In this document: one piece after another, positions 53,020 to 62,851 of the stretch
Layout of the letters: each line of letters opens with the position of its first letter
Numbering within the stretch: the first letter of the stretch is position 1
From: Clostridia bacterium
GTDB lineage: Bacteria; Bacillota; Clostridia; Christensenellales; Borkfalkiaceae
Direction: 5' to 3'
Assembly: GCA_017536305.1 (NCBI GenBank)
Contig: JAFXHR010000020.1
Location: forward strand, 5,088-69,087
DNA length: 64,000 bases
Position numbers and translations under genes: made by a program
Notes under the pieces: generated by a model
What the model was told of the DNA's origin: nothing
The model's input: only the letters and a program-made list of their open reading frames with translations
The model's database searches: none

Positions 53020-54735
53020 ATGTTAAAACGATTTTTATCCTATTACAAACCGCATAAACGCACGTTTACCTTAGATATGTTAGCGTCGCTTATCGTTGCC
53101 ATGGTGGGGATTGTATACCCCATTATTACGCGCGCTATGCTCAACGACTACATACCCCAAAAAGAATATACGAAAATTATCGTTTTCGGCGTCGTGCTTT
53201 TGGGTTTATACGGTGTACGCCTTGCGCTCAATTATTTTATTCAGTACGAAGGGCATTTAATCGGCGTGAAAATGCAAGCGCAAATGCGTAGCGATATGTT
53301 CAAGCATTTGCAAACGCTCCCGTATACCTTTTACGATAACCACGAAACGGGTAAAATTATGTCCCGTATGACTAACGATTTGAACGACATCAGCGAGCTG
53401 GCGCACCACGGACCGGAAAATATCATCATCTCGTCCATATCCATTTTAGCGTCCTTTATCTACCTGATGACCATCAGCGTGCCGTTGACCTTGATTATCT
53501 TCGTTTGCGTGCCGTTCCTGCTCATTATATCCTTTACCGTTCGTAAAAAAATGCGCGACGCGTTTATGGAAAGCAGGAAAGCGGTAGCGGAAATCAACGC
53601 GTCCTTGGAAAGTAGCGTATCGGGTATTCGTGTAACCAAGGCGTTCACGAACACGCAAACGGAAGTGGAAAAGTTTGAAAAGGGGAACACGTCGTTCGTG
53701 GGCGCGCGTAAAAAAGCGTACCACGCTATGGGCGTTTTTCATTCCACGACCACCTTCGTTACCGAAGTATTCAACGTTGTGGTGTTAATCGCAGGCGGAC
53801 TGTTTTTATACGCAGGCAAGATTGCGCTCGGCGATTATACGGCGTTTATCGTATCCATCAATATTTTCCTTGCGCCCGTCCGTACCTTGATTATGTTTAT
53901 GGAACAGTACCAAAACGGCGTAACGGGCTTTAAGCGGTTTTTGGAAATTATGGACGCGGAGAGCGAAAAGGATATAGAAAACGCCCAGCCTTTGGAAAAG
54001 GTGGACGGGGAAATTCGCTTTGAAAAGGTATCCTTTTCCTACGAAGGCAGTCAAGAAGTCTTACACGAAGTCGATTTAACGATACCGAAAGGTTCGGTAT
54101 TCGCGCTCGTTGGACAGAGCGGTGGCGGTAAAACGACGATATGTCATTTAGTGCCCCGTTTTTACCAAGCGACGGCAGGGCGAATTTTGATTGACGGCAA
54201 GGATATAAGCGAAGTTACGGCGCAGTCTTTACGGTCGCAAATCGGTATCGTGCAACAGGACGTCTATCTGTTCAACGCCAGCATTTACGAAAACATTCTC
54301 TACGGCAAGCCGACGGCGACGAAAGAAGAAGTGATTGAATCCGCCAAGCGCGCGAATATCCACGACTTCGTTTGTAGCTTAGAACACGGCTACGATACGG
54401 TTATCGGCGAGCGTGGCGTGAAATTATCGGGTGGGCAAAAGCAACGCCTTTCCATTGCACGCGTATTCTTAAAAAATCCGCCTATTCTCATTTTAGACGA
54501 GGCGACGAGCGCGCTGGATAACACGACGGAAATCCTTATCCAAAAATCGCTTGACGAGCTGTGTAAGGGTAGAACGACGATAGTGGTCGCGCATAGACTT
54601 TCCACCGTCAAAAACGCGAACGAAATCGCCGTCGTATCTAACGGAAAAATTATCGAACAGGGCACGCACGAAACCCTGCTCTCTCAAAAGGGCGAATACG
54701 CCAAGCTGTACGAGCTACAATTCAAAAACGCATAA
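53020..54735 (+). CDS. ABC exporter, fused permease/ATPase (MsbA/LmrA-like)
   Basis: Six-helix TMD, Walker A GQSGGGKTT, signature LSGGQKQR and Walker B ILILDEATS. ATG 53020 lies downstream of the pnp terminator. Confidence 0.9.
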   Translation: MLKRFLSYYKPHKRTFTLDMLASLIVAMVGIVYPIITRAMLNDYIPQKEYTKIIVFGVVLLGLYGVRLALNYFIQYEGHLIGVKMQAQMRSDMFKHLQTLPYTFYDNHETGKIMSRMTNDLNDISELAHHGPENIIISSISILASFIYLMTISVPLTLIIFVCVPFLLIISFTVRKKMRDAFMESRKAVAEINASLESSVSGIRVTKAFTNTQTEVEKFEKGNTSFVGARKKAYHAMGVFHSTTTFVTEVFNVVVLIAGGLFLYAGKIALGDYTAFIVSINIFLAPVRTLIMFMEQYQNGVTGFKRFLEIMDAESEKDIENAQPLEKVDGEIRFEKVSFSYEGSQEVLHEVDLTIPKGSVFALVGQSGGGKTTICHLVPRFYQATAGRILIDGKDISEVTAQSLRSQIGIVQQDVYLFNASIYENILYGKPTATKEEVIESAKRANIHDFVCSLEHGYDTVIGERGVKLSGGQKQRLSIARVFLKNPPILILDEATSALDNTTEILIQKSLDELCKGRTTIVVAHRLSTVKNANEIAVVSNGKIIEQGTHETLLSQKGEYAKLYELQFKNA

Positions 54736-54770
54736 AAAACGGCGAGCCGAACGGCTCGCCAAATTTTTTA
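54736..54770. terminator. Bidirectional terminator between ABC exporter and mnmG
   Basis: AAAAAC-GGCGAGCCG-AA-CGGCTCGCC-AAATTTTTT. Confidence 0.8.
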
Positions 54771-56645
54771 TTTTCTCGTAGACAGCCAAACCATCAGCAC
54801 GGAAATATCAGCTGGATTGACCCCCGAAATTCTCCCTGCTTGACCTAAATTCAAAGGTCGTACACGGTTTAACTTTTCTCTTGCCTCCAAGCGAAGACCC
54901 AAAATGGTATCGTAATCAATATCCTCGGGCAACGCCTTATCTTCCAAGCGTTTCGCCCGTTCAATGAGTTCGTTACCCTGCTTTAAGTACCCTTCGTATT
55001 TCACGGTAATTTCCGCCGTTTCCAAAACGTTTTTCGGGTATTCTTTGAGCGTATCGAACGCTTGTATAATATCCTTTAAGGGCACGGAGCGTTTAATCAT
55101 ATCCGCGTAGGATACGCTCCCCGACGGCTCGTCGTAGCCGTAATTTTTCAAAAACTCGCCCGCCTGTTTTTGGGACACGCGCGTCGTTCTAAGCTCGGAA
55201 AGCAACCGTTCGCAATCGGCTTTTCTTTGTAAAAACCGCTCGTAGCGTGCAGGCGTTACCAGCCCGATTTCCCTGCCCTTTTCCGTCAATCTAAAATCGG
55301 CGTTATCCTGTCGCAAGCAAATACGGTGCTCGGCGCGCGAAGTCATCATTCGATACGGCTCGTCCGTACCTTTCGTTACCAAATCGTCGATTAACACGCC
55401 GATATACGCCTCGTCCCGACGCAAAATAAAGGGGGGCAGACCTTTCATTTTCAAGCCTGCGTTAATCCCTGCCATTAAGCCCTGCGCCGCCGCCTCTTCA
55501 TAGCCTGACGTACCGTTAATTTGTCCTGCGGTATACACGCCTTCCACCTTTTTGAACTCCAAGGTCGGGAGCACGTCCAAGGTATCAATACAATCGTATT
55601 CAATCGCGTAGCCGTACCGCATAATATCGGCATGCTCCAAGCCCGCCACCGACGCATACATAGCGCGCTGGGTGTCGTGGGGCATAGAAGTAGACATACC
55701 CTGTACGTATACTTCCAAGGTATCCGCGCCCTCGGGCTCTAAGAAAATTTGATGCCGTTCCTTATCCTTAAACCGTACCACCTTCGTTTCAATGGACGGA
55801 CAATACCGAGGACCCGTGGATACAATCGTACCGTTATATAAAGGGGAACGCTTAAGATTATCCAAAATAATTTCGTGCGTTTGTAAATTCGTATAAGTCA
55901 AATAGCAGGGCATTTTATTTTCAGGCGGTGTATCGTGCATAAAGGAAAAAGGATAAATATCCGTGTCCCCGTTTTGCACTTCGCACTTAGAATAATCCAC
56001 CGTCCGCCCGTCTACACGCGCAGGCGTGCCCGTCTTAAACCTACGAATAGTAAACCCGATTTTTGCCAAGCTCTCCGTCAAGTGATTTGCGGGCGCAAAC
56101 CCGTTCGGACCAGACTTTTGCACCAGCTCGCCCGTAATCGTTTCGCTGTTTAAGTACACGCCCGTACAAAGAATAACGCACTTGCAGGCAATCACGCCGT
56201 TATACGCCGTTTTCACGCCCACGCATTTCCCGTTCTCCACCAAAATTTCCGTCGCTTCCGCTTGTAAAATACGCAAATTTTGGGTATTTTCGAGCACCCG
56301 TTTCATTTCACGGTGATAGGCGTTCTTATCCGATTGCGCGCGCAAGCTTTGCACCGCCGCACCCTTGCCTACGTTGAGCATACGGATTTGCAAAGCGGTA
56401 TCGTCGGCAACGATACCCATTTGACCGCCGAGCGCGTCGATTTCCCGTACCAAATGTCCCTTAGCCGTACCGCCAATGGACGGATTGCAAGGCAAAAAAG
56501 CAATGGCGTCGAGATTGAGCGTCAAAAGCACCGTTTGAAAACCTAACCGCGCCAAAGCAAGGGCGGATTCGCACCCTGCGTGCCCTGCGCCCACGACCAC
56601 CGCGTCCGCGGTATATTCTAAAAATTCCGTACTATTGTTCGTCAT
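54768..56645 (-). CDS. mnmG: tRNA uridine-5-carboxymethylaminomethyl synthesis enzyme MnmG (GidA)
   Basis: VVVGAGHAGCE FAD motif. 625 aa, with typical GidA conservation throughout. Confidence 0.95.
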   Translation of the reverse strand: MTNNSTEFLEYTADAVVVGAGHAGCESALALARLGFQTVLLTLNLDAIAFLPCNPSIGGTAKGHLVREIDALGGQMGIVADDTALQIRMLNVGKGAAVQSLRAQSDKNAYHREMKRVLENTQNLRILQAEATEILVENGKCVGVKTAYNGVIACKCVILCTGVYLNSETITGELVQKSGPNGFAPANHLTESLAKIGFTIRRFKTGTPARVDGRTVDYSKCEVQNGDTDIYPFSFMHDTPPENKMPCYLTYTNLQTHEIILDNLKRSPLYNGTIVSTGPRYCPSIETKVVRFKDKERHQIFLEPEGADTLEVYVQGMSTSMPHDTQRAMYASVAGLEHADIMRYGYAIEYDCIDTLDVLPTLEFKKVEGVYTAGQINGTSGYEEAAAQGLMAGINAGLKMKGLPPFILRRDEAYIGVLIDDLVTKGTDEPYRMMTSRAEHRICLRQDNADFRLTEKGREIGLVTPARYERFLQRKADCERLLSELRTTRVSQKQAGEFLKNYGYDEPSGSVSYADMIKRSVPLKDIIQAFDTLKEYPKNVLETAEITVKYEGYLKQGNELIERAKRLEDKALPEDIDYDTILGLRLEAREKLNRVRPLNLGQAGRISGVNPADISVLMVWLSTRK

Positions 56646-56654
56646 AAATCCAAC

Positions 56655-57992
56655 TTACTTTTTCAAAACGATACTCTTAATATCGTCGATTTCTTTCGCT
56701 ACTTTATCGCTCAATTTCACGAGCTTTTCCATCTTATCGCGCGCATACATAATCGTCGTATGGTCGCGTCCGCCTAACCTTTCGCCGACGGCAACAAGGG
56801 GGAGCGAGAGCATTTCGCACATCAAATACGCGCAAATTTGCCGAGCTTTCGCCAAATCCGCCTGTCTGCTTTTTCCGAGTAAATCTTCGCGTTTTTGCTT
56901 AAAATAAGAACAAACGGCGTTGATAATGGTATCGGGGGTCAATTCTTCTTGCGACTCCGATTCCTTTACCGATTCACTAAGAGCACGGCGGGCAAGCTCC
57001 AACGTAATCGGTTCTTCGTGCAATTTACTTGCAAAAATGACCTTCGTCAGTCTACCTTCCAGCGTTCTGACGTCGTGTCCCGAATCCTGCGCTAAGAACG
57101 CCAAAACGTCGTCGGGTACGGCGCATTTTCTATCCAGCGCCTTACGGCGTAAAATGGCAATTTTCGTTTCCGTTGTCGGCGGTTGAATATCCGCAATCAT
57201 ACCCCCTTCAAAACGCGTTCTCAAACGCTCTTCGAGCGTAGGAATTTCCTTCGGCGGTCTGTCCGACGTCAAAACGATTTGTTTGTTTTGCGCTTTCAGC
57301 TCGTTAAAGGTATGGAAAAATTCTTCCTGTACCTGCGTTTTATTCTTCAAAAATTGCACGTCGTCAATCATTAAAACGTCTACGTTGCGATAGTGCAACC
57401 GAAACTGCGCACCGCTCCTTTGCGCAATAGAATCGATAAACTCGTTCAAGAAGTTTTCGCAGGTGGTATAAAGCACGCGCTTTTCAGGCGATTTTACCGC
57501 TAAATCGTTGGCAATCGCTTGCATAAGGTGCGTTTTACCAAGCCCCGACTCCCCGTAAATAAACAGGGGGTTAAAGGTATCGTCCCCAGGGTTTTCCGCA
57601 ACCGCTTTCGCCGCCGCGTATACGAACTTATTCCCAGGTCCCGTTACGAACGAATCAAAGGTAAAATTCTTGTTCAAAGGGGAGGGCTGGAACGCTTCGA
57701 TAGCGTCGTTTTCAATATTCATTGAAAATTCCTTGCTCTCGTCCACGACCAAGCGGAAATCGTTGACACCCAAATCGCACTTTTGGATAGCCTCTCTGAG
57801 CTTGTCCGCGTGCTTATTCATCACGACGTTCGCCGCCATATCGGTAGACGCTTTCAACACGATTTTTCTACCCGTAATATCAATCGGCTCTAACGGTTTG
57901 ATAAAGGAATCGTAAGACACGGGCGAAATCAAATTTTCCACCCGTTCGCTGATTTGTTTCCAAACGTATTGAAGTTGCGTATTCTCTGCCAT
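56655..57992 (-). CDS. dnaA: Chromosomal replication initiator protein DnaA
   Basis: FTFDSFV, GESGLGKTHL, IMIDDVQF, and domain IV GGRDHTTIMYA. Confidence 0.97.
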   Translation of the reverse strand: MAENTQLQYVWKQISERVENLISPVSYDSFIKPLEPIDITGRKIVLKASTDMAANVVMNKHADKLREAIQKCDLGVNDFRLVVDESKEFSMNIENDAIEAFQPSPLNKNFTFDSFVTGPGNKFVYAAAKAVAENPGDDTFNPLFIYGESGLGKTHLMQAIANDLAVKSPEKRVLYTTCENFLNEFIDSIAQRSGAQFRLHYRNVDVLMIDDVQFLKNKTQVQEEFFHTFNELKAQNKQIVLTSDRPPKEIPTLEERLRTRFEGGMIADIQPPTTETKIAILRRKALDRKCAVPDDVLAFLAQDSGHDVRTLEGRLTKVIFASKLHEEPITLELARRALSESVKESESQEELTPDTIINAVCSYFKQKREDLLGKSRQADLAKARQICAYLMCEMLSLPLVAVGERLGGRDHTTIMYARDKMEKLVKLSDKVAKEIDDIKSIVLKK

Positions 57993-58127
57993 AACTTTTA
58001 ACCCCTAAAAAACGAAATTTTTCTTTTTTCGACTACGTATAACCTTGAAATTTTGAAAATTATTTGATATAATTATAATACAAAACGCAAGAAAAATAAA
58101 GCGGTTTTGGGGCGATTTTTAAGGATT

Positions 58128-59213
58128 ATGCAAATAAAAAAATTATTCCTGCAAAATTTTAGAAATTACGAAACGGAAACGTTCGAGTTTACGGACGGCT
58201 TAAACGTCCTTTTCGGTAAAAACGCACAGGGCAAAACGAATTGCGCCGAGGCGGTCTTTTACCTTTGCACGGGCACGTCGCTTAGAATCCGCCACGACAA
58301 ACAGCTCATCAAGGTAGGCGCGGAAACGGCAACGCTCACCGCGGACGCCAAAAACCGCTACGGCAACGTTAGCGTTTCGGCAAGCATTACCGAAACCAAG
58401 CGCGAAATTCGCATAAACGGCAGTAAAATTGCCAAAAATGCCGACCTGATGGGGCATATCAACAGCGTATTTTTCTCCCCAGGGGAGCTCAGGCTCATTC
58501 AAGACGGACCGGACGAGCGCCGTCGGTTTATGAACGTTTCCATCTCGCAAACGTCGCCGACCTACTATACCGCGCTACTTCGGTACAATAAAATTTTAGA
58601 CCAGCGCAACGCGCTACTCAAAAATCCCGATATTTCCTTAGTGCTGGATACCTTGCCCGTTTGGGACGAACAGCTTTGCAAATACGCGTCCGTAATCGTG
58701 AAAAAGCGGACGGAATTTTTACAAAAGCTCGCCCCGTACGCGGAAGAGCTCCACGCGTATTTATCCGACAACGCCGAAACCCTGCGCCTTGCGCCCGATA
58801 AGCGCTACGAGGGAACGGAAGAAGAAATCGCGGAGCTTTTACAAAAACGGCTGGCGAATCACTACGAAAAGGACTTGCGCCTTGGCTTTACGACGGTAGG
58901 ACCGCACCGCGACGATATTTCGGTCGCGATAGGTGGTATGGACGCAAAAGCGTATGCCTCGCAAGGTCAACAGCGCACCGTCGCGCTTTCCTTAAAATTA
59001 GCGGAAGTGCAAATTTTCAAGGAAATTTCCGGCGAATATCCCGTGCTCATTTTAGACGACGTGATGAGCGAGCTGGATTTACGCAGAAGAAAAAAGCTTT
59101 TGGAGAAAATCCAAGGGGTACAAACCCTGCTCACCTGTACTCACGCCGAACGGGTACTCTACGGCGCGGACTGTAACAAAATCCGTATAGAAAACGGACG
59201 GATAAAAGAATAA
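58128..59213 (+). CDS. recF: DNA replication and repair protein RecF
   Basis: MQIKKLFLQNFRNYE...FGKNAQGKTN (Walker A), signature SQGQQRT and Walker B LILDDV. Confidence 0.92.
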   Translation: MQIKKLFLQNFRNYETETFEFTDGLNVLFGKNAQGKTNCAEAVFYLCTGTSLRIRHDKQLIKVGAETATLTADAKNRYGNVSVSASITETKREIRINGSKIAKNADLMGHINSVFFSPGELRLIQDGPDERRRFMNVSISQTSPTYYTALLRYNKILDQRNALLKNPDISLVLDTLPVWDEQLCKYASVIVKKRTEFLQKLAPYAEELHAYLSDNAETLRLAPDKRYEGTEEEIAELLQKRLANHYEKDLRLGFTTVGPHRDDISVAIGGMDAKAYASQGQQRTVALSLKLAEVQIFKEISGEYPVLILDDVMSELDLRRRKKLLEKIQGVQTLLTCTHAERVLYGADCNKIRIENGRIKE

Positions 59214-59216
59214 ATA

Positions 59217-59256
59217 AAAGCGCATACTAACGGATAGTAAAGTGTGCGCTTTTATT
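59217..59256 (+). terminator. Rho-independent terminator after recF
   Basis: AAAGCGCATACT...AGTGTGCGCTTT 12-bp stem followed by a T-run. It covers the GTG at 59244. Confidence 0.6.
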
Positions 59257-59285
59257 ATGTAAATACGGGGCAGGTATGCGTTGAA

Positions 59286-60065
59286 TTGATAAAAAATGCT
59301 TTCAAACGAATAACGCTCACGCTACTGATTGTACTTTGTAGCGTGTTTTTTTCATACGCGCCTACGCGCGTGCAAGCGGAAAGTGAAACGCTCGCGTCGT
59401 ATACCACCTATTTCAATGCACAAGACAAGGGCAGAACGCAAAATATTGTCATAGCCACGTCGCTTATCGACGGTGTAACCTTGCAGGCGTACGGGGAGTT
59501 TTCCTTTAACCAAACGGTGGGCGAGCGCACCAAAGAGGCGGGTTTTCAGCAGGCGAAAATCATCTTAAACGGCGAATACGTCTTAGGCACGGGCGGTGGG
59601 GTGTGTCAGGTAAGTACCACCTTGTATAATTCCGCCTTAAAATCGGGTTTGGAGGTAACGGAATTTCACCCCCATACCTTGCAGGTATCCTACGTTCCGC
59701 CGTCAAGGGACGCTATGGTATCGACGACGAGCGATTTGAAACTGTTCAATCCCTATCCCTTTGCGGTCAAACTGTCGGCAAAGGTATTAGACGGCGCGGT
59801 GCGCGTGAGCTTTTTGGGTAAACGGGAAGGCTACCGCTACGAAATCGTGAGCGAAACGCTGGAAGAAATTTCGCCCCCACCGCCCATTGTGAAACTCGGG
59901 GATAAGGAAGAAATTTTGCGCTCGCCAAGGAACGGCTTGAAAAGTCAGGCATATTTGGAAAAGTATAAAGGGGATAGCTTACTCTCGCGCACGCGCCTGC
60001 GCACGGATAATTATTTACCTATACAGGGTATAATCGTCAAAAAAATCGAGAATACGACCAATTAA
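59286..60065 (+). CDS. VanW-family protein (secreted)
   Basis: GGGVCQVSTTLYNSAL VanW motif. TTG 59286 gives a clean signal peptide (MIKNAFKRITLTLLIVLCSVFFSYAPTRVQA). The alternative GTG 59244 lies inside the recF terminator. Confidence 0.75.
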   Translation: MIKNAFKRITLTLLIVLCSVFFSYAPTRVQAESETLASYTTYFNAQDKGRTQNIVIATSLIDGVTLQAYGEFSFNQTVGERTKEAGFQQAKIILNGEYVLGTGGGVCQVSTTLYNSALKSGLEVTEFHPHTLQVSYVPPSRDAMVSTTSDLKLFNPYPFAVKLSAKVLDGAVRVSFLGKREGYRYEIVSETLEEISPPPPIVKLGDKEEILRSPRNGLKSQAYLEKYKGDSLLSRTRLRTDNYLPIQGIIVKKIENTTN

Positions 60066-60079
60066 ATACGTTCAAACGA

Positions 60080-60108
60080 TTGTCTTTTTGTGGAAAAAAT
60101 GTTATAAT
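60080..60108 (+). promoter_or_regulatory. Promoter of asnS (TTGTCT-17-TATAAT with TGT extended -10)
   Basis: TTGTCT 60080-60085 and TATAAT 60103-60108. Confidence 0.5.
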
Positions 60109-60182
60109 GAAAGAGTATAAATCGGGGACGGACGCCTTTTTGAAAAAAGACGGAAGTCCTTAAAGCAAAAGGACGAAGAAAG

Positions 60183-61565
60183 ATGGAAAGACTTACCCTG
60201 AAAGAACTCAACAAAAAGGTAGAAAGCTACGCGGATAAAACGGTAACGGTGGCAGGCTGGGCGAGAACGATTCGCGACTCCAAAGCCTTCGGCTTTATTG
60301 AGCTGAACGACGGTAGCTGTTTTAAGAGCACGCAAATCGTATTCGAGCGTGCAAATTTAGCGAATTACGACGAAATTGCGCACGGCAACGTAGGTATGTC
60401 GCTCGTTATAAAGGGCGTAGTGGTATTGACGCCTGAAAATAAACAACCGTATGAAATCAAAGCGACGGAAATCGCGGTTGAAGGGGAATCGACGCCCGAT
60501 TATCCCCTGCAAAAGAAACGCCATTCCGTCGAATTTTTGCGTGAAATCGCATATTTGCGCCCCCGTACCAACCTGTTTGGCGCAACGTTTAGAATTCGTA
60601 GCGAATCGGCAATCGCCATTCATAAATTCTTCAACGACAGGGGCTTTGTTTACGTGCATACTCCCATTATTACGGGTAGCGACTGCGAAGGCGCAGGCGC
60701 AATGTTCCAAGTAACCACGCTGAACTTAGAAGAAAAGGGTAAAGTGGATTATAAGGACGACTTTTTCGGTAAAAAATCCGCGCTGACCGTATCGGGGCAA
60801 TTAAACGCCGAGGCGTACGCAATGGCTTTTGGGAACGTTTACACGTTCGGACCTACTTTCCGTGCGGAACATTCCAACACGGCGCGCCACGCGGCGGAGT
60901 TTTGGATGATAGAGCCGGAAATGGCGTTTTGCGATTTGCAAGGGGATATGGACGTAGCCGAGGCAATGGTAAAATACGTAATCGACTACGTAAGCGAAAC
61001 TTGCGCGGACGAAATCAATTTCTTAAATCAATTCGTGGATAACGGCTTAAAGGAACGCTTAAAGAACGTATCCGAAAACGCGTTCGTCCGTTTAACGTAT
61101 ACCGAGGCGATTGAAATTTTGAAACAAAACGCGGATAAATTCGACGATAAGAATATTTTCTGGGGTAAGGATTTGCAAAGCGAACACGAACGCTTTATCA
61201 CCGAAGTCGTTTATAAAAAACCCGTATTCTTGACGGATTATCCCAAGGAAATCAAAGCGTTTTATATGAAACAAAACCCCGATGGAAAGACGGTTGCGGC
61301 GGCGGACTTGCTCGTCCCTGGTATCGGTGAGCTCGTCGGTGGTTCGCAAAGAGAAGACGACTACGATAAGCTGGTCGCGCGTATTCAAGAGATGGGTATG
61401 AACCCCGAAGATTATTCGTGGTACTTGAACCTGCGCAAATACGGCGGTACGACGCACAGTGGTTTCGGACTTGGCTTTGAGCGTATGATAATGTATTTGA
61501 CGGGGGTAGCGAATATACGCGACGTGTTGCCGTTCCCCCGCACCGTAGGTAACTTAGACTACTAA
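60183..61565 (+). CDS. asnS: Asparagine--tRNA ligase
   Basis: N-terminal OB fold ([25 protein letters not shown]). Class II motifs [21 protein letters not shown] and GFGLGFERM. Confidence 0.92.
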   Translation: MERLTLKELNKKVESYADKTVTVAGWARTIRDSKAFGFIELNDGSCFKSTQIVFERANLANYDEIAHGNVGMSLVIKGVVVLTPENKQPYEIKATEIAVEGESTPDYPLQKKRHSVEFLREIAYLRPRTNLFGATFRIRSESAIAIHKFFNDRGFVYVHTPIITGSDCEGAGAMFQVTTLNLEEKGKVDYKDDFFGKKSALTVSGQLNAEAYAMAFGNVYTFGPTFRAEHSNTARHAAEFWMIEPEMAFCDLQGDMDVAEAMVKYVIDYVSETCADEINFLNQFVDNGLKERLKNVSENAFVRLTYTEAIEILKQNADKFDDKNIFWGKDLQSEHERFITEVVYKKPVFLTDYPKEIKAFYMKQNPDGKTVAAADLLVPGIGELVGGSQREDDYDKLVARIQEMGMNPEDYSWYLNLRKYGGTTHSGFGLGFERMIMYLTGVANIRDVLPFPRTVGNLDY

Positions 61566-61567
61566 GC

Positions 61568-61780
61568 GAAACGCGTATATACGTCGCAAAAAAATGAATT
61601 GCAAGCAAAGCTTGCGTGAATTTTCGTGCATACTCAATGAATTGCGTGGCAAAGCCACGCGTGAAATGCAACGCAAAGCGTTGCGTTGTGGAATATTACA
61701 ACAACGCCACCGTAGGTGGCAATTCATGCCCAGCGGGCAATTCACGCGCGTAGCGCAATTCACGACGACAGTCAATTCAC
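61568..61780 (+). repeat. Mosaic palindromic intergenic element, copy 6 (degenerate H plus full dyad D array)
   Basis: ACGCGTATATACGTCGC head. ATGAATT at 61594, GTGAATT at 61616, GAATT at 61639, GTGAAAT at 61661. AATTCAT at 61721 and AATTCAC at 61739, 61757 and 61774. Cassettes are gcccagcgggc, gcgcgtagcgc and gacgacagtc. Confidence 0.9.
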
Positions 61781-61804
61781 TATTTTATCTAAAGGAGCAA
61801 TATT

Positions 61805-62851
61805 ATGACCAAAATCGTAATAGACGCAATGGGCGGTGATTACGCGCCCAAACAGCAGGTACTCGGTGCGGTAACTGCCTTAAATAAAGACAAAGATTTA
61901 TACTTAATTCTCGTTGGGGATAAAGAACAAATCGAAAACGAGCTCAAAACGCTTTCGTACGATAAATCGCGCTTGGAAATTGTGCACACGACGGAAGTGA
62001 TTACCATGGAAGAAGTCCCCACGAAAGCGGTGAAAACGAAAAAGGACTCGTCGCTCGTCGTCGCGTTCCGTCTTTTGAAAGAAGGCAAAGCGGATGGGCT
62101 GGTATCGTCCGGCTCGACGGGTGCGGTGCTTACCGCAGGCGTACTTATTTTAGGTCGGATAAAAGGGGTATCCCGCCCTGCGCTTTGTCCTGCCATTCCC
62201 AACTACAAAGGGGGCGCAACCCTGCTTTGCGATTGTGGCGCAAATTTAGAATGTAAGCCGATTAACCTTATCCACTTTGCCATTATGGCGTCGGCGTATG
62301 CAAGCACGGTATACGGTATCGAAAGCCCCAAGGTAGGACTTTTGAACAACGGCACGGAAGACCATAAGGGCTTGCTTTTACATCAAGAGAGCAACGCGCT
62401 TTTGAAACAAGTGGACTGCATTTCGTATAGCGGGAACGTAGAAGGTCGCGAGATTATGTACGGCGACGTAGACGTAGTGGTATCCGACGGCTTTTCGGGC
62501 AACTTAGCAATGAAAGCGGTAGAAGGTTGCGGAAAAGCGGTCAGCAGTATTATGAAACGGGAATTTAAGCGCAATTTATGGACGAAACTGCGCGCGCTCC
62601 TTTGCGGAGATATTATCAAAAACATTAAAAAGGGCTTGGACTACGAGGCACAAGGCGGTGCAACCTTCTTAGGGCTTACCAAAGCGGTGGTCAAAGGGCA
62701 CGGAAACTCCAAAGCGCGCGGATTTTCCGTATGTATCGAACAGGTGGCAAGCGCGGTACGCGGTAATATGACGGAAAAGATTAAAGGGATGGTAGACGCG
62801 GTAAATTTAGACGCACTCGCGCAAGCGTCGCAAACGGGAGCAAACGAATAA
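61805..62851 (+). CDS. plsX: Phosphate acyltransferase PlsX
   Basis: IVIDAMGGDYAP, SSGSTGA and KGHGNS motifs. Confidence 0.93.
   Translation: MTKIVIDAMGGDYAPKQQVLGAVTALNKDKDLYLILVGDKEQIENELKTLSYDKSRLEIVHTTEVITMEEVPTKAVKTKKDSSLVVAFRLLKEGKADGLVSSGSTGAVLTAGVLILGRIKGVSRPALCPAIPNYKGGATLLCDCGANLECKPINLIHFAIMASAYASTVYGIESPKVGLLNNGTEDHKGLLLHQESNALLKQVDCISYSGNVEGREIMYGDVDVVVSDGFSGNLAMKAVEGCGKAVSSIMKREFKRNLWTKLRALLCGDIIKNIKKGLDYEAQGGATFLGLTKAVVKGHGNSKARGFSVCIEQVASAVRGNMTEKIKGMVDAVNLDALAQASQTGANE

Noticed and set aside
57993-58127. oriC in the dnaA-recF intergenic region.
   Set aside because: The region is AT-rich but only 135 nt long, and I could find no TTATCCACA-type boxes or a 13-mer-like unwinding array. 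Strand bias of genes on both sides also argues against an origin here. It is kept as a finding about dnaA context, not as an origin call.
60066-60182. A T-box riboswitch upstream of asnS.
   Set aside because: The spacer is only 117 nt and contains a promoter. It has no T-box consensus (AANNNGGGTGGTACCGCG-like) and no specifier or terminator-antiterminator architecture.
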